Positions 1 to 10,588 of a DNA stretch of 64,000 nucleotides are shown one piece after another. Below the pieces are notes generated by a model. The model searched no databases and was not told where the DNA came from. It was given only the letters and a program-made list of their open reading frames with translations. How positions within the stretch are numbered: the stretch's first letter is position 1; every line of letters begins with the position of its first letter. This DNA comes from Syncephalis fuscata S228 (lineage: Eukaryota > Fungi > Zoopagomycota). The stretch is taken from the NCBI GenBank assembly GCA_025786725.1, contig JAHLTZ010000050.1, forward strand, positions 54,115-118,114, in the 5' to 3' direction. A program made the position numbers and the translations under genes.

Positions 1-1250
1 ATATCGCTAAAATGAGGTTTGCTTATTGTTTTACGAGTGGTAATGGTGTAGATTTCGTGACTTGGTGCCAAGATGTCAGGATAGAAAGGTGGTATGAATG
101 GTTCATTCTGCGGTCCAGCTGTATCGACAGTAACACTGCCATCCTCGATGTAGCCATACTTTTCTGCAAAAATATATTTGTATTACGTCTATTCTATAAC
201 CTTCTTCTATAAATATAGCATCTTTTTCACTGATATCAAACAAAGGCATATCGCATTTTTGTCTTTTTTGGTAAGGATTGTTTACGATGATAAGCCTAGC
301 CATCCGTATTGATTTAGCATATTCTAAAAAATAAGGAGTTTTTGATTTATCATACCATACAAGTGCAATGTCTTCTCTTTTAAGCTCAGTAAGATGTTCT
401 TCTAATCTGCTCTTGATATTTCTAGGAATAATATTCATTTCTTTGTTAAAGTCATAGCTCATGTCTGAACATGGAGAATTAAACTCAATACGACGGCCAG
501 TTGTTTTCTCCTCAAACCAGTGCGATAGTCGATACTTTTGTTTAAAACCACCAACACTTAATACAGGAAGGCCTTGATATGAAAAGTAATTTGGATTTAT
601 AAAATTATTGGCTGATGCTGCAACAATCATAATCACGCCATGTTTTGCAGCATCTTCTATTGTTTCTTTTAGTTTAGTACTGTATTCATCTACAATGGCA
701 ATCTCCGGCAATACAACAATTTTCATTTGGTCCTGGCGTATTGCAATTGTTATAGCTTTCAACACCAATGAGGTTGAAGTTGGATCTGTGCAACTAAATA
801 CGCGATAGGTGCCAAGTGTTGCCTCGGGTGCAACTCCAATAAAATAATTGGTTTTTGCAACGGCAATTCCAGCTAGACTTACACCACGTCTATTGCATTT
901 AGATGGATGTTTAGCTTGACTGTAATTAATAGACACAAGTCCATGATTATAATTATAATTTCCTTCAAATGCATCAGTGTTCGAATTAATCCCGCTGTCA
1001 ATAATTCCGAGTTTCACGCCTTTTCCTTTAATACCATTGGCATGAAGTGCTTTAACGCCGGTGGGTACATAATAAGGTGTTACATAAACTAGTTTACCGG
1101 TAATTCTAGAGCTAATATAGGGCCAGTCATAATTAGGTTTTGTGTAAAAATCATCTTCATATGTTTTGGCACTGTCTACGGTAAAGTGTGTGTTGAACAA
1201 AATAGCAACAATGTAAATATTACCAGTTGTTGTGCTTGTCTTGCTATCAT
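1..1250 (-). CDS. Secreted subtilisin-like (S8) protein with PA-like insert, copy 1; probably catalytically inactive; runs off the window
   Basis: ATG at 1250 gives hydrophobic MIARQAQQLVIFTLLLF. ORF 103-1200 has the S8 motifs GIKGKGVKLGIIDSG and GVAPEATLGTYRVFSC, but the HGT motif reads CNRRGVSLAG. Single-base frameshifts relative to copy 2. Inverted paralog of 19639-21465. Confidence 0.8.
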
Positions 1251-3178
1251 AGTTATAAGCAACTGATGTATCAAAAAATAATTGTATGGTTTAATTATAG
1301 GAAAAGTGTCGACAAAAAGTAAATGAAAAATAAGACAATGTATATGAGACGAAAATAAATAAATAAATAATATTCAGATTCAGATGACATGGCTCTATAA
1401 AAGAATAATGACATGTGCTAGATGCCATTTTAGGTTATTAAACAAAATATTTAAGAAAGGTGTCCAAAATTGTACAACAGTAATGCGGTAGTTGAATAGA
1501 AACCACTAGTAATTCGATTTTTACTTGTTTAATTCTCCATTCTAGTAACTATCATGTGCCGTTATTCCTTCTTTAATCAAATGCTAATTTTATATTTTCT
1601 TTTGATAAAATTGATAATTGTGGTATTATACATCAATGTATATACATATAGTCTAACAATCGTTTTATAGGCCAAATAATTTGCAATCAATATTTAAATT
1701 ATATATAAACTATTGCATGGCATCGCTATGCCTGTTAAACAATAAAAGTTATAATAAATCCGCATACAATATCAAGTCATTTACTTATTATGCAAACATA
1801 TAAATTTGTTTATTCTATTGAATGTATACATTTTTGTATTAAGTTAATAATATGAAAGTAGTAGAATTGTAGTCAATGGTCGACGACTTATAAAACAAAA
1901 TGATTAGTTTGGATACTAATAAATGCGCTATAATCATTAATATTTCTCGCCATCCGGCTTCATCTTCAATAGAACGAATGTCTAGTTCAATTGCGAGAAT
2001 ATGATTAAATATAATCATTTAACACCAAATCGTATTAAATAACTAATAAATCTAACGTTTGCAAAAAGAAGAGGCATTTTTTTTCATAATAAACGAAGTT
2101 ATGTAATAATAATATCACAGTATATAAATAGCATAAATATAGTTTAAGGCAAAAAGAAATAACTTGTTGCTTGGTAGTCTCAGCCATGCATAATTTATTT
2201 AAAACTTGGCAATTAACAAGGCGCAAGGTATTCAGCACGGCTGTAAAACAAAGTATAATTGCTTTATTTCTGCCATGCATTAGTAAAATACTGGGGAGCA
2301 TGTGGATCGGCCGCTTCAAGGCATTGCTGTGGCAACATGTGCTCATGTTATGGACAGCCGCGTGCTTCAATCCTATACACTACAAACCTAAATGGCATAA
2401 GTTCTTTCGAGTTACCAAAATACAAAAAGAAACCGGTATACGTCCGTTCACGCGCTCTACACTAATGACACACAAAAGGAATGCCTGACAGTTAAAACCA
2501 CACACTCGACAACTCGCCACATCATTGTAGCACAGCCAATCTATAATAATCATAGAAGAATACGGTTATTGTCTTCTTCACACTTCATTCTTATTTCTTC
2601 ACACTATCAGCTACTTACTTGCCACATCCACTCACACAAATACGCACACTCGCCTATTGATTTCTATAAGAACAACTTTTTACTGCGCCATTAGTCGCTT
2701 TATACCGTTGACAGCCGACTACAATACTGTGTTCCTAGCGGACTCTGCTCAACCACCCATCTTACACCTTTACCTCCTTTCACTGGGACACGGCTCGTTT
2801 CCTTGTCCTCCCTTTTCTTTCTTTTCTTTTCTTTCCGATACACCGGCCTAGCTGTAGTGTGCGCGTACATACGAATAAAGGCGACTAACTATACGTTGTT
2901 CGTTTGAAACGGTAGGTAGCTGGCGTAATTAACGATAGGGACATCGCGAAGCTGTGCCTTCGTTATGGCAACGAATAAACAGAGCAAAGATCCACTAACT
3001 TGATTGCCATCTTCACTACCGCAACTCATGCCAATCTATCTTATTGTTTTATTGAAGACAGAATTATTTGGCGACAACTCGCTACTTCAAGCAACGTCTA
3101 TTGTGCAAGAAAGATAAAGTGAAGAACACTTGCAGTGTACCTAGTATTCGTATCTACGATAACAGCAATATTGGTAAT

Positions 3179-4472
3179 ATGATAGCACAGTCATCAACGC
3201 CAGGCGAATCGGCTAGTTGCACGTATGCTAACGGGACTGCCTCGTTCCGCGTTGGTGTGTCCGAAGATCGCAATCGTCGATGCCGCCGTGTTATGGAAGT
3301 AAGTTGTGAATTAATTATGATAAATATAAGTATTAAGCAATTGATTAATAATGTGTAATAATTGTATAATACTAATAGGACACACATAGTATTCAAGCAG
3401 ATTTTTGTGGCATACAAGGCCAAGGATTCTTTGGTGTATTTGATGGACATGGTGGAAAAATGGCTGCTGAATGGTGTGGAGAACACTTTCATGAGGTAAT
3501 TAACCAATTACTAACTAACCATATATTGATCTATCAACATAATACTATTATTACTAGACATTGAAAAGTTGTTTACAAGAAAATCAAAACCAAGAGCCTA
3601 TTCCTGAAGTGTTAAAAAGGCATTTTTAGCTGCTGATGCTATATTGGGCGAGAATAAACAAGATCATTCAGGCTGCACGGTGATTACTGCACTGTTGACA
3701 GTCGAATCTGCTGCTGCGGGACAGAATAGCAATAACGTTGCTAATACTAACAACAACAACAACAATACAACTACCGCTATTAATAACACTAATAACAGTA
3801 CCAGCAATAACACTAACACTAGTAGCACTACAAATGCTAATGGTGCTACTGCACCTATAAAACGAAGACTATACACGGCCAATGTAGGCGATGCCCGTGC
3901 TGTTCTATGGTATGTCTATTATTACAACAAATACAGTATTCAATCAATTAACATTGTATTTAAAGTCGTGATGGCAAAGCAATCCGTATGTCATACGATC
4001 ATAAAGGTGCCGATCAACGTGAATCTCAACGTATTACTGATAAAGGAGGATTTATGATGGGCAATCGTGTTAATGGTAACTGCCAATTGTAACTTTAATG
4101 TTACAATCTATACTAATTACTTGATTTAGGTATGCTGGCCGTGACACGAGCCTTGGGAGATACAGCTATGAAAGAATTTGTAATTGGTCTACCTTATACA
4201 CAAGAAGTTGATTATGTGAAAAGATACGTGCCTTATTTTGGCTTGTGATGGCGTAAGTCGATATAAATGACTAATGGAAGCACGGTGTATTAACTATAAT
4301 CATGTTTATTAATAATATAAATTAGCTTTGGGATGTCTGTGACGACCAAACAGCCATCGACTTGATTAAAAATGTAGTCGATCCATTGGAGGCAAGCCAG
4401 AAATTGCTTAAATATGCCTTGGAGAACTTTAGTTCGGATAATCTTACCATTATGGTGATCCGCTTTAGTTAA
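3179..4472 (+). CDS. PTC1: Type 2C protein phosphatase (Ptc1-like), multi-exon, with Asn/Thr-rich insert
   Basis: Spliced motifs RRVME|[44 protein letters not shown]|LWDV and [12 protein letters not shown]. The start codon is uncertain. Confidence 0.9.
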
Positions 4473-5049
4473 CTTGGTCTATTTACTCAAATGGTCTAGT
4501 TAACATTGGTTATATACGTATAATTACGTTGATTTACACATTCCTTATAGGCAGATAATGATTGTTTATCTGCCACTATTATTATTATTTCTACGAGATG
4601 GTAATGCTATTGATAATTTAATACTAATGATAATAATGTGACAATGGTATTTATATTGTCATCTACCAGTTGACAGTTAAATATTAATGATTAAACAACA
4701 GCTAGTGTTATATTATAATGCCACTACAACTATTATTATTACTACTATTACTGTTATTACTATGCTTATCATCGCCACCACCACCTCCTTTGTACCTGTT
4801 GGTAAAAAGATATCTGTTTGTGTTTGCATATATTGCAATAAAAATCTATTTCATCATTGTGCACGACATTTTATGTGAATGCAATGTAGTTGTATAGAAC
4901 TACAAGCAATTGATAGAGTTGGTTAAAAGGTGTGAAGCATTTTAATCACCTGAAGAAAGCTTATACCGTTGTATAAATGCATCTACATCGACAAGATCGT
5001 CAAAAACATATGCAATTGCATTGATACATGAACGCGTTTTATGGACAAT

Positions 5050-5504
5050 TTAAACGTCAGCATGGTAACTTCAACCTCGACTCCTGGCTCAATGGAGATG
5101 GAGGTCTATAGTGTAATGGGCATATATAGTATATGGAAAACAATGGTTAGCAAGCTATTCATATCTATCTACAGCATATATGCTGCTGTACTTACAATCT
5201 GCTTAACGATTTCCGATGGGCTGTGGAGATCGATCAAGCGCTTGTGGATGCGCATTTCATAGCGATCCCAAGTCTTGGAACCTTCACCGTTAGGAGTCTT
5301 ACGGGTGGTGATGCGAAGGACCTTGGTTGGAAGACGAACTGGGCCCTTGACGCGAAGCTGCTTGTCCTTGGAGCGGTTGACCAAGTCGGCGCAGACCTTC
5401 TCGAGGTTCTTCACGTTGCGGCTGGTGAGCGTGATGCGGATGCGATGGATCTTGGCCTCAACAGCCTCCTCATAACCGGGCTTGCCCTTGGCGACGTAAG
5501 CCAT
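5050..5504 (-). CDS. RPS20: 40S ribosomal protein S20 (uS10), two exons
   Basis: [23 protein letters not shown]...[41 protein letters not shown], an intron, then [15 protein letters not shown] 1-nt deletion near the end is probably a consensus error. Confidence 0.97.
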
Positions 5505-5740
5505 GCTTATAGTATTCTTTTAGTTTTAAAAGTTCAACGGGGAACAAAGCAGATTGGCCCAGCGGTGACCAAAGATCTGGCAACAGTTAAGTAGTGGTAA
5601 AAAGAAAGAGGAGGAAAACAAGAAAAATGGTCAGTTGTTTTTTTCTTCAAAATGCACATGGGGCCCACCCCTGCTACTCAATTCAAATTAGAATAGTACA
5701 ACTGCCGACTGGTTGGATTGTACTTTGACATCCACATTTG

Positions 5741-6484
5741 GAGTCCTCAAAGCAAAGTTCGTTTTAATTGAAGTCAATTGTAACAAAGTGGTTGTAGAAT
5801 GACCACTGTTACTGCTGTTATGCATAACAAAACACAAGTATAGTGTTTTTATTGGATTACTTTGAAATTCACAAAGCCTATTATTGTTGTTGTTGGTTAT
5901 TTGTAGAAAATTGATTAAATATTGATAGAAGCTATATGTTGCACTTTCATGTCGTTCCGCAGTTATTGTTATTGTTACTACATACAGTGTGGCTTATTGC
6001 GTCTGAATGGTTTCTTCTATTTTCCAATCTTCTACTGTTGCATTGTGGGTATATTTGCAATGTAAGATACTCGTCTATGGTGACAAAAAGATAGGACGAC
6101 TAGCGTTTCTGATGTTCATCATTGTCTTAAGTATTCTTAGCATCAACTTGGTAGATGCAGACTCTTTGCCAACCATTGATGAAGCAAATCGGCCTCCACC
6201 ATATGCAATAATGATAGTTTGGGTGTTTTCACCAGAAAGACCTTGTGGTAACAGTTGTAGCCAGAATATACGGCATGCCGTTGAGGTTGCTTGAACAGGT
6301 GTTGATGTAAATAAAAGAAATAAAGACTAGGAATTGAATAGTGTTTTTATTGATGTTCAAATACACATGTTATTTATATTGCTATATTCAACATTATTGT
6401 ATGATATATTACTGAATAAAACGATAAGATAACAATAAGAAAAAGTAATGAAATAAGTAAACAAAAATGTAGGAGTCAAGGTAA
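5741..6484 (-). mobile_element. Degenerate, 5'-truncated Fanzor (TnpB-like) element, family A, copy 1
   Basis: Minus-strand translation across stops and frameshifts: PTIIIAYGGGRFASSMVGKESASTKLMLRIL ... YLFVTIDEYLTLQIYPQCNSRRLE ... NNCGT. This matches RuvC-II plus Zn-finger of Fanzor/TnpB. Direct repeat of 12094-12794. Confidence 0.75.
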
Positions 6485-7549
6485 AATGATTTGATCATGT
6501 AAATATTACGCGCTCAATCCAATGTTTTGTTTTATTTTAATATACAATTATACGACTTTTATCAATGATCAATAAATGAAATTAATCTGTCTTTCAATTG
6601 TTGCAATAATGTATAATATTAGCTGCTTACATTGATAAATAATTAGATTAAGCCTTATACTAGTTGTTTTAGTTGATGATCGTGTAAATATAAGTATATA
6701 AAAAGTTACAATGTGCTTGTAAATATTTATCTGTACAAACAACCACAATTACAAGTTATAGTAACAATCATAAGTATTTAATTACTAAACTTGTCAATTC
6801 AATTTTATCTACAACTCTTTGTTTTCTGTGCGTTATCTCAATTTAACGTTGCTGCTGTTCTAGCTGCATCAGCAACAGCCAACTTTTTGATAAACGTAGT
6901 CCAGCTTAGCATAGGTACAATGATTTGTTATAGGTCAAACCAGTAATCCTTTGAGCTGCTAATTGTTTTTCTATTGGTTTCTGCTTTGGCTTGTTCTTCT
7001 ACATTCCATCTTGTTTAACTTGTCAAAAGTGTTTTCATAAATGTAAGCAGCACTTAGGCCTTGGATAATTACCGGTTGATATACGATCCATTGACATTAT
7101 GCACTCGAAATTGCTGACATTCAATTGGAACGTTCTATTGTGTCTAGTCCAGTGTCTGCATATTGCATCGCGTGTAGTTTAGCCGATGCAATTTAGTCTA
7201 CAGCTAAAAACTGATGGCGAAAATGACTTGTTGAAATATTCCATTGCTCAAATGTCGTGATGCATTATCCTACAAACAGTACTTATTGTATAGTTGCTTT
7301 TAGGTAATTTGGATTAGCCGCCATTTGAATGATGGTAGTTGCACATGTGGCATGATATACCTTGATGTGATGCATTTGTGAATTCAGAACAATTGCTATC
7401 CCATAACAATGGCATAGTGGAATGAAATACACCCATAAAACCAATCAACACACTTTATAATTTAAAGAATGACGATTAATTTATATATAGCAGTAAAAAC
7501 CTGTATAAAAATACCAGTTTGATACATTAAGCTTGTTTTTGCATCAGTA

Positions 7550-8010
7550 TTGTGTGCTATTCTGTATGCAACAAATATTGAGGACTGGATTGGTAGAAAT
7601 GGCAGCAAAGACATCATTATCTTTTTACAAACCAAACAATATACTTGCTTTTACCAAATAGTTAGACCGTGTAATAAAAAAACAGGTTAATGTGTCTATT
7701 TTTACCATATGTACTGGGTTATGAACACCGTTACAGTACTCGTGCAAATGACTAACGGATTGAAGTAAAGACCGGCAGGTTATGTGCTGTTTAGTATGCA
7801 TGCAGATATTGAGGACTGAATCGGTAGAAATGGCGGCAAAAATATCACTATTGCTTTTACAAAGTTAAACAATACCTTGCTTTTACCAAATAGTTAAACC
7901 GTATAATAAAAAAGCAGTGATGTACATGTCTCTATCGCACATGTAATGCTCATTGGAATTGCCGTGTCATTTGTGTAAATGCCGAGCAGGTTGAAATTAA
8001 GTTTGAAAGC
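7550..8010. repeat. Diverged tandem duplication, two copies of ~231 bp
   Basis: atattgaggactggattggtagaaatggcagcaaa...ttgcttttaccaaatagttagaccgt at ~7575-7670 recurs as atattgaggactgaatcggtagaaatggcggcaaa...ttgcttttaccaaatagttaaaccgt at ~7806-7902. Confidence 0.8.
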
Positions 8011-8144
8011 ATAATATCACGCCATGAATCTATTGGTGCATGTGCACCTCAAACCATTATTTGGATTGTTTTATTGGTTCATATTACACATCAATGGTAT
8101 ATCTCGTATACTACAGTATACTGGCATCTCAGCATGATTATAAG

Positions 8145-8260
8145 TATAAATAGCCCACAGAATATACACATCCAACTGCGGTATCCTCATCACACTCTAC
8201 TCTCTGCTAAACACACTCTACTCTCCACTTTATACCAACCACACTCTACTATCTCTTTTT
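8145..8260 (+). promoter_or_regulatory. Putative core promoter of the microexon peptide gene
   Basis: TATAAATA at 8145-8152, then three pyrimidine-rich cactctact motifs (8191-8256), upstream of a caccATG start at 8289. Confidence 0.5.
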
Positions 8261-8288
8261 TTGTTTGTCTTAACAATTCAATATCACC

Positions 8289-10588
8289 ATGAAGCTTTCC
8301 ATTGCCGTCGTTTGCACCATTGTCGTGGCTCTTGTGGCCAGTACAGCCATCGTGGATGCTAAACCAGCCTTAGTTCGTCGTGGTATGTTGCAATAACAAT
8401 AAATATGCCATAGTATCTGCTTATTAATAGTATTGCTAACTAATAATGCTATTAGATCGTAAGTTGTACTGTATATTAGCTAATGACTCATTAATTATAT
8501 TCATGCACTATGTGTATCAACAACTTAATACTAATAGTTAGTAAGTTCTATTATATACCAATAAATTATACACTAATTATATGTCATGTACTGTATCAAT
8601 TGACAACTTAATATTAGATAGCTGTAAGTTATATTGTATATTAGTTGATTGCTCACTAATTGCATGCTATGGACTATGTGTATCAACAAATTAATACTAA
8701 TAGGCAGTAAGTGATATTGTATATTGATGACTTATAATTAAGCATATATCATGTATTGCGTACATCGATAACTTAATGTCATAGTGGGTAAGTTGTATTG
8801 TGTATTAAATGACTATAAACTAATTATATATTATGTGTTGTATGTATCAATGACTTGATATTAGACCAATGTAAGTTATATTGTATACTGATTGCACCTA
8901 GCTAATTATATATTATGCGTTGTGTGTATCAATAACTTAATAATAATAGGCAGTAAGTAGCATTGTATATTAACTGACTATGTACTAACCACGCGTTATG
9001 CATAATATATATTAACAACTTAATACTAATAGGTAGTAAGTGATATTGTATATTGCTGACTTATGAATTAATTATATCAATATACCGTGTGTATCAAAAA
9101 ATTAATAATATAGAATGTAAGGTATATTATATATTAACTGTTCATTCACTAATTACGTGTTATGTATTTTATACATTAACAATTTAATATTAATAGGTGG
9201 TAAGTTGTATTGTATATTAACTGACTATACATTAACCATGCTATTTACTGATTGTACCAACTATTTAATATTAATAGGCAGTAAGTAATATTGTATATTA
9301 GTTAACTATACATTAATTATACTATTTACTAATGTATTAATTATTTAATATTAATAGTTGGTAAGTTGTATTGTATATTAAATAATTATACATTAACTGC
9401 TATTTACTGATTATATTGATTATTTAATACCAATAGACAGTAAGCGATATTGTATATTAACTGACTATAAATTAACCATGCTATTTATTGATTTTATCTA
9501 TTATTTAATACTAATAGACAGTAAGTGATATCGTATATTAACTGACTATACATTAACCATGCTATTTATTAATTCTGCTTATTATCTAATATTAATAGTC
9601 TGTAAGTGGTATTGTATATTGATCGACTATACATTAACCATGCTATTAATTGATTGTACTTATTATTTAATATTAATAGGTGGTAAGCTGTATTGTATAT
9701 TATTTGACCATATATTAACTATGTTATTTACTAATTGTATCAATTACCTAATATTAATAGTCGGTAAGTTGTATTGTATACTAACTGACTATACATTAAC
9801 TATGCTATTTACTAATTGTACCTATTGTTTAATGTTAATAGTTCGTAAGTGATATTGTATATTAACTGACTATACAATAACCATGCTATTTATTAATTGT
9901 ACCAATTATATAATATTAATAGGTTGTAAGTAGTATTGTATATTAATTGACTATATATTAATTACATTCCATTTACTAATGCATCAACAAATTAACATTA
10001 ATAGGTCGTAAGTTGTGTTGCATAATAACTAAATATATATTAATTATATGCCATTTATTGTGCACATCAATAACTTAATATTAATAGAATGTAAGGTATA
10101 TTGTATATTAACTAGCTATTTACTAACCACATGCTATTTAATGTATCCATCAACAACTTAATATTAATAGACAGTAAGTTGAGTTGTATACCAATAGAAC
10201 ATGCGCTAATTATATACTGTGGACTGTATCCACCAACAACTTAATATTAATAGCATGTAAGTGGTATTGTATATTAATTGATTACTTACTAATTACATGT
10301 TATGCATCATGTGTATCAACAACCTAATACTAATAGGTCGTAAGTAGCATTTTATATTGGTTGATAACCCACTAATCACATGTTATGCATCATGTGTATC
10401 CATAACTTAATACTAATAGACCGTAAGTAGCATTTTATATTGATTAATTACTCACTAATTACATGTTATGCACCATGTGTATCAATAACTTAATATCAAT
10501 AGACGGTAAGTGATATTGTATATTGATGGCTTATACACTAATTATATAACACGTACTATTTTTATTTATAAATGCAGATAACCCATAA
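8289..10588 (+). CDS. Secreted cysteine-rich peptide precursor encoded by 28 exons, 26 of them microexons of 3 or 6 nt
   Basis: Exon 1 (8289-8382) reads MKLSIAVVCTIVVALVASTAIVDAKPALVRR plus one G nucleotide, then gtatgt. There follow 26 ag|NNN(NNN)|gtaag units and a last exon 10578-10588 (AT AAC CCA TAA). The spliced product is 62 aa with mature part DLNSCMDQCSKCGIDNICVVRCQYTCHHDNP and no internal stop. Confidence 0.88.
8459..10577 (+). repeat. Tandem array of ~26 homologous intron+microexon units, period ~79-83 bp
   Basis: Approximate consensus gtaagt(t/g)(g/a)tattgtatattaa...ctaatt/ttaacc...tatcaa(c/t)aacttaata(c/t)taatag-NNN repeated head-to-tail. Confidence 0.95.

Noticed and set aside
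5223-5594. Plus-strand ORFs opposite RPS20, and similar shadows over PRP28, SPF30 and the 37-39 kb gene
   Set aside because: Antisense shadows of GC-rich or low-complexity coding sequence.
6007-6294. Plus-strand hydrophobic ORF and its copy at 12324-12623 as a membrane protein
   Set aside because: It is the antisense shadow of the Fanzor relic, and the two copies diverge in frame in their C-terminal halves.
6800-7440. Coding-like minus-strand stretch next to Fanzor copy 1 as the Fanzor N-terminus or a transposase
   Set aside because: Multiple stops, no identifiable motif, and not shared with copy 2.
9559-9852. 97-aa ORF across the array (MLFINSAYYL...)
   Set aside because: Read-through of repeated AT-rich introns whose 81-bp period happens to keep frame; not the real product.
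8459-10577. CRISPR array or plain non-coding minisatellite
   Set aside because: The context is eukaryotic and no cas genes are present. The repeats are degenerate ~80-bp units bounded by GT/AG, and the 3-6 nt variable parts join into a sensible reading frame.
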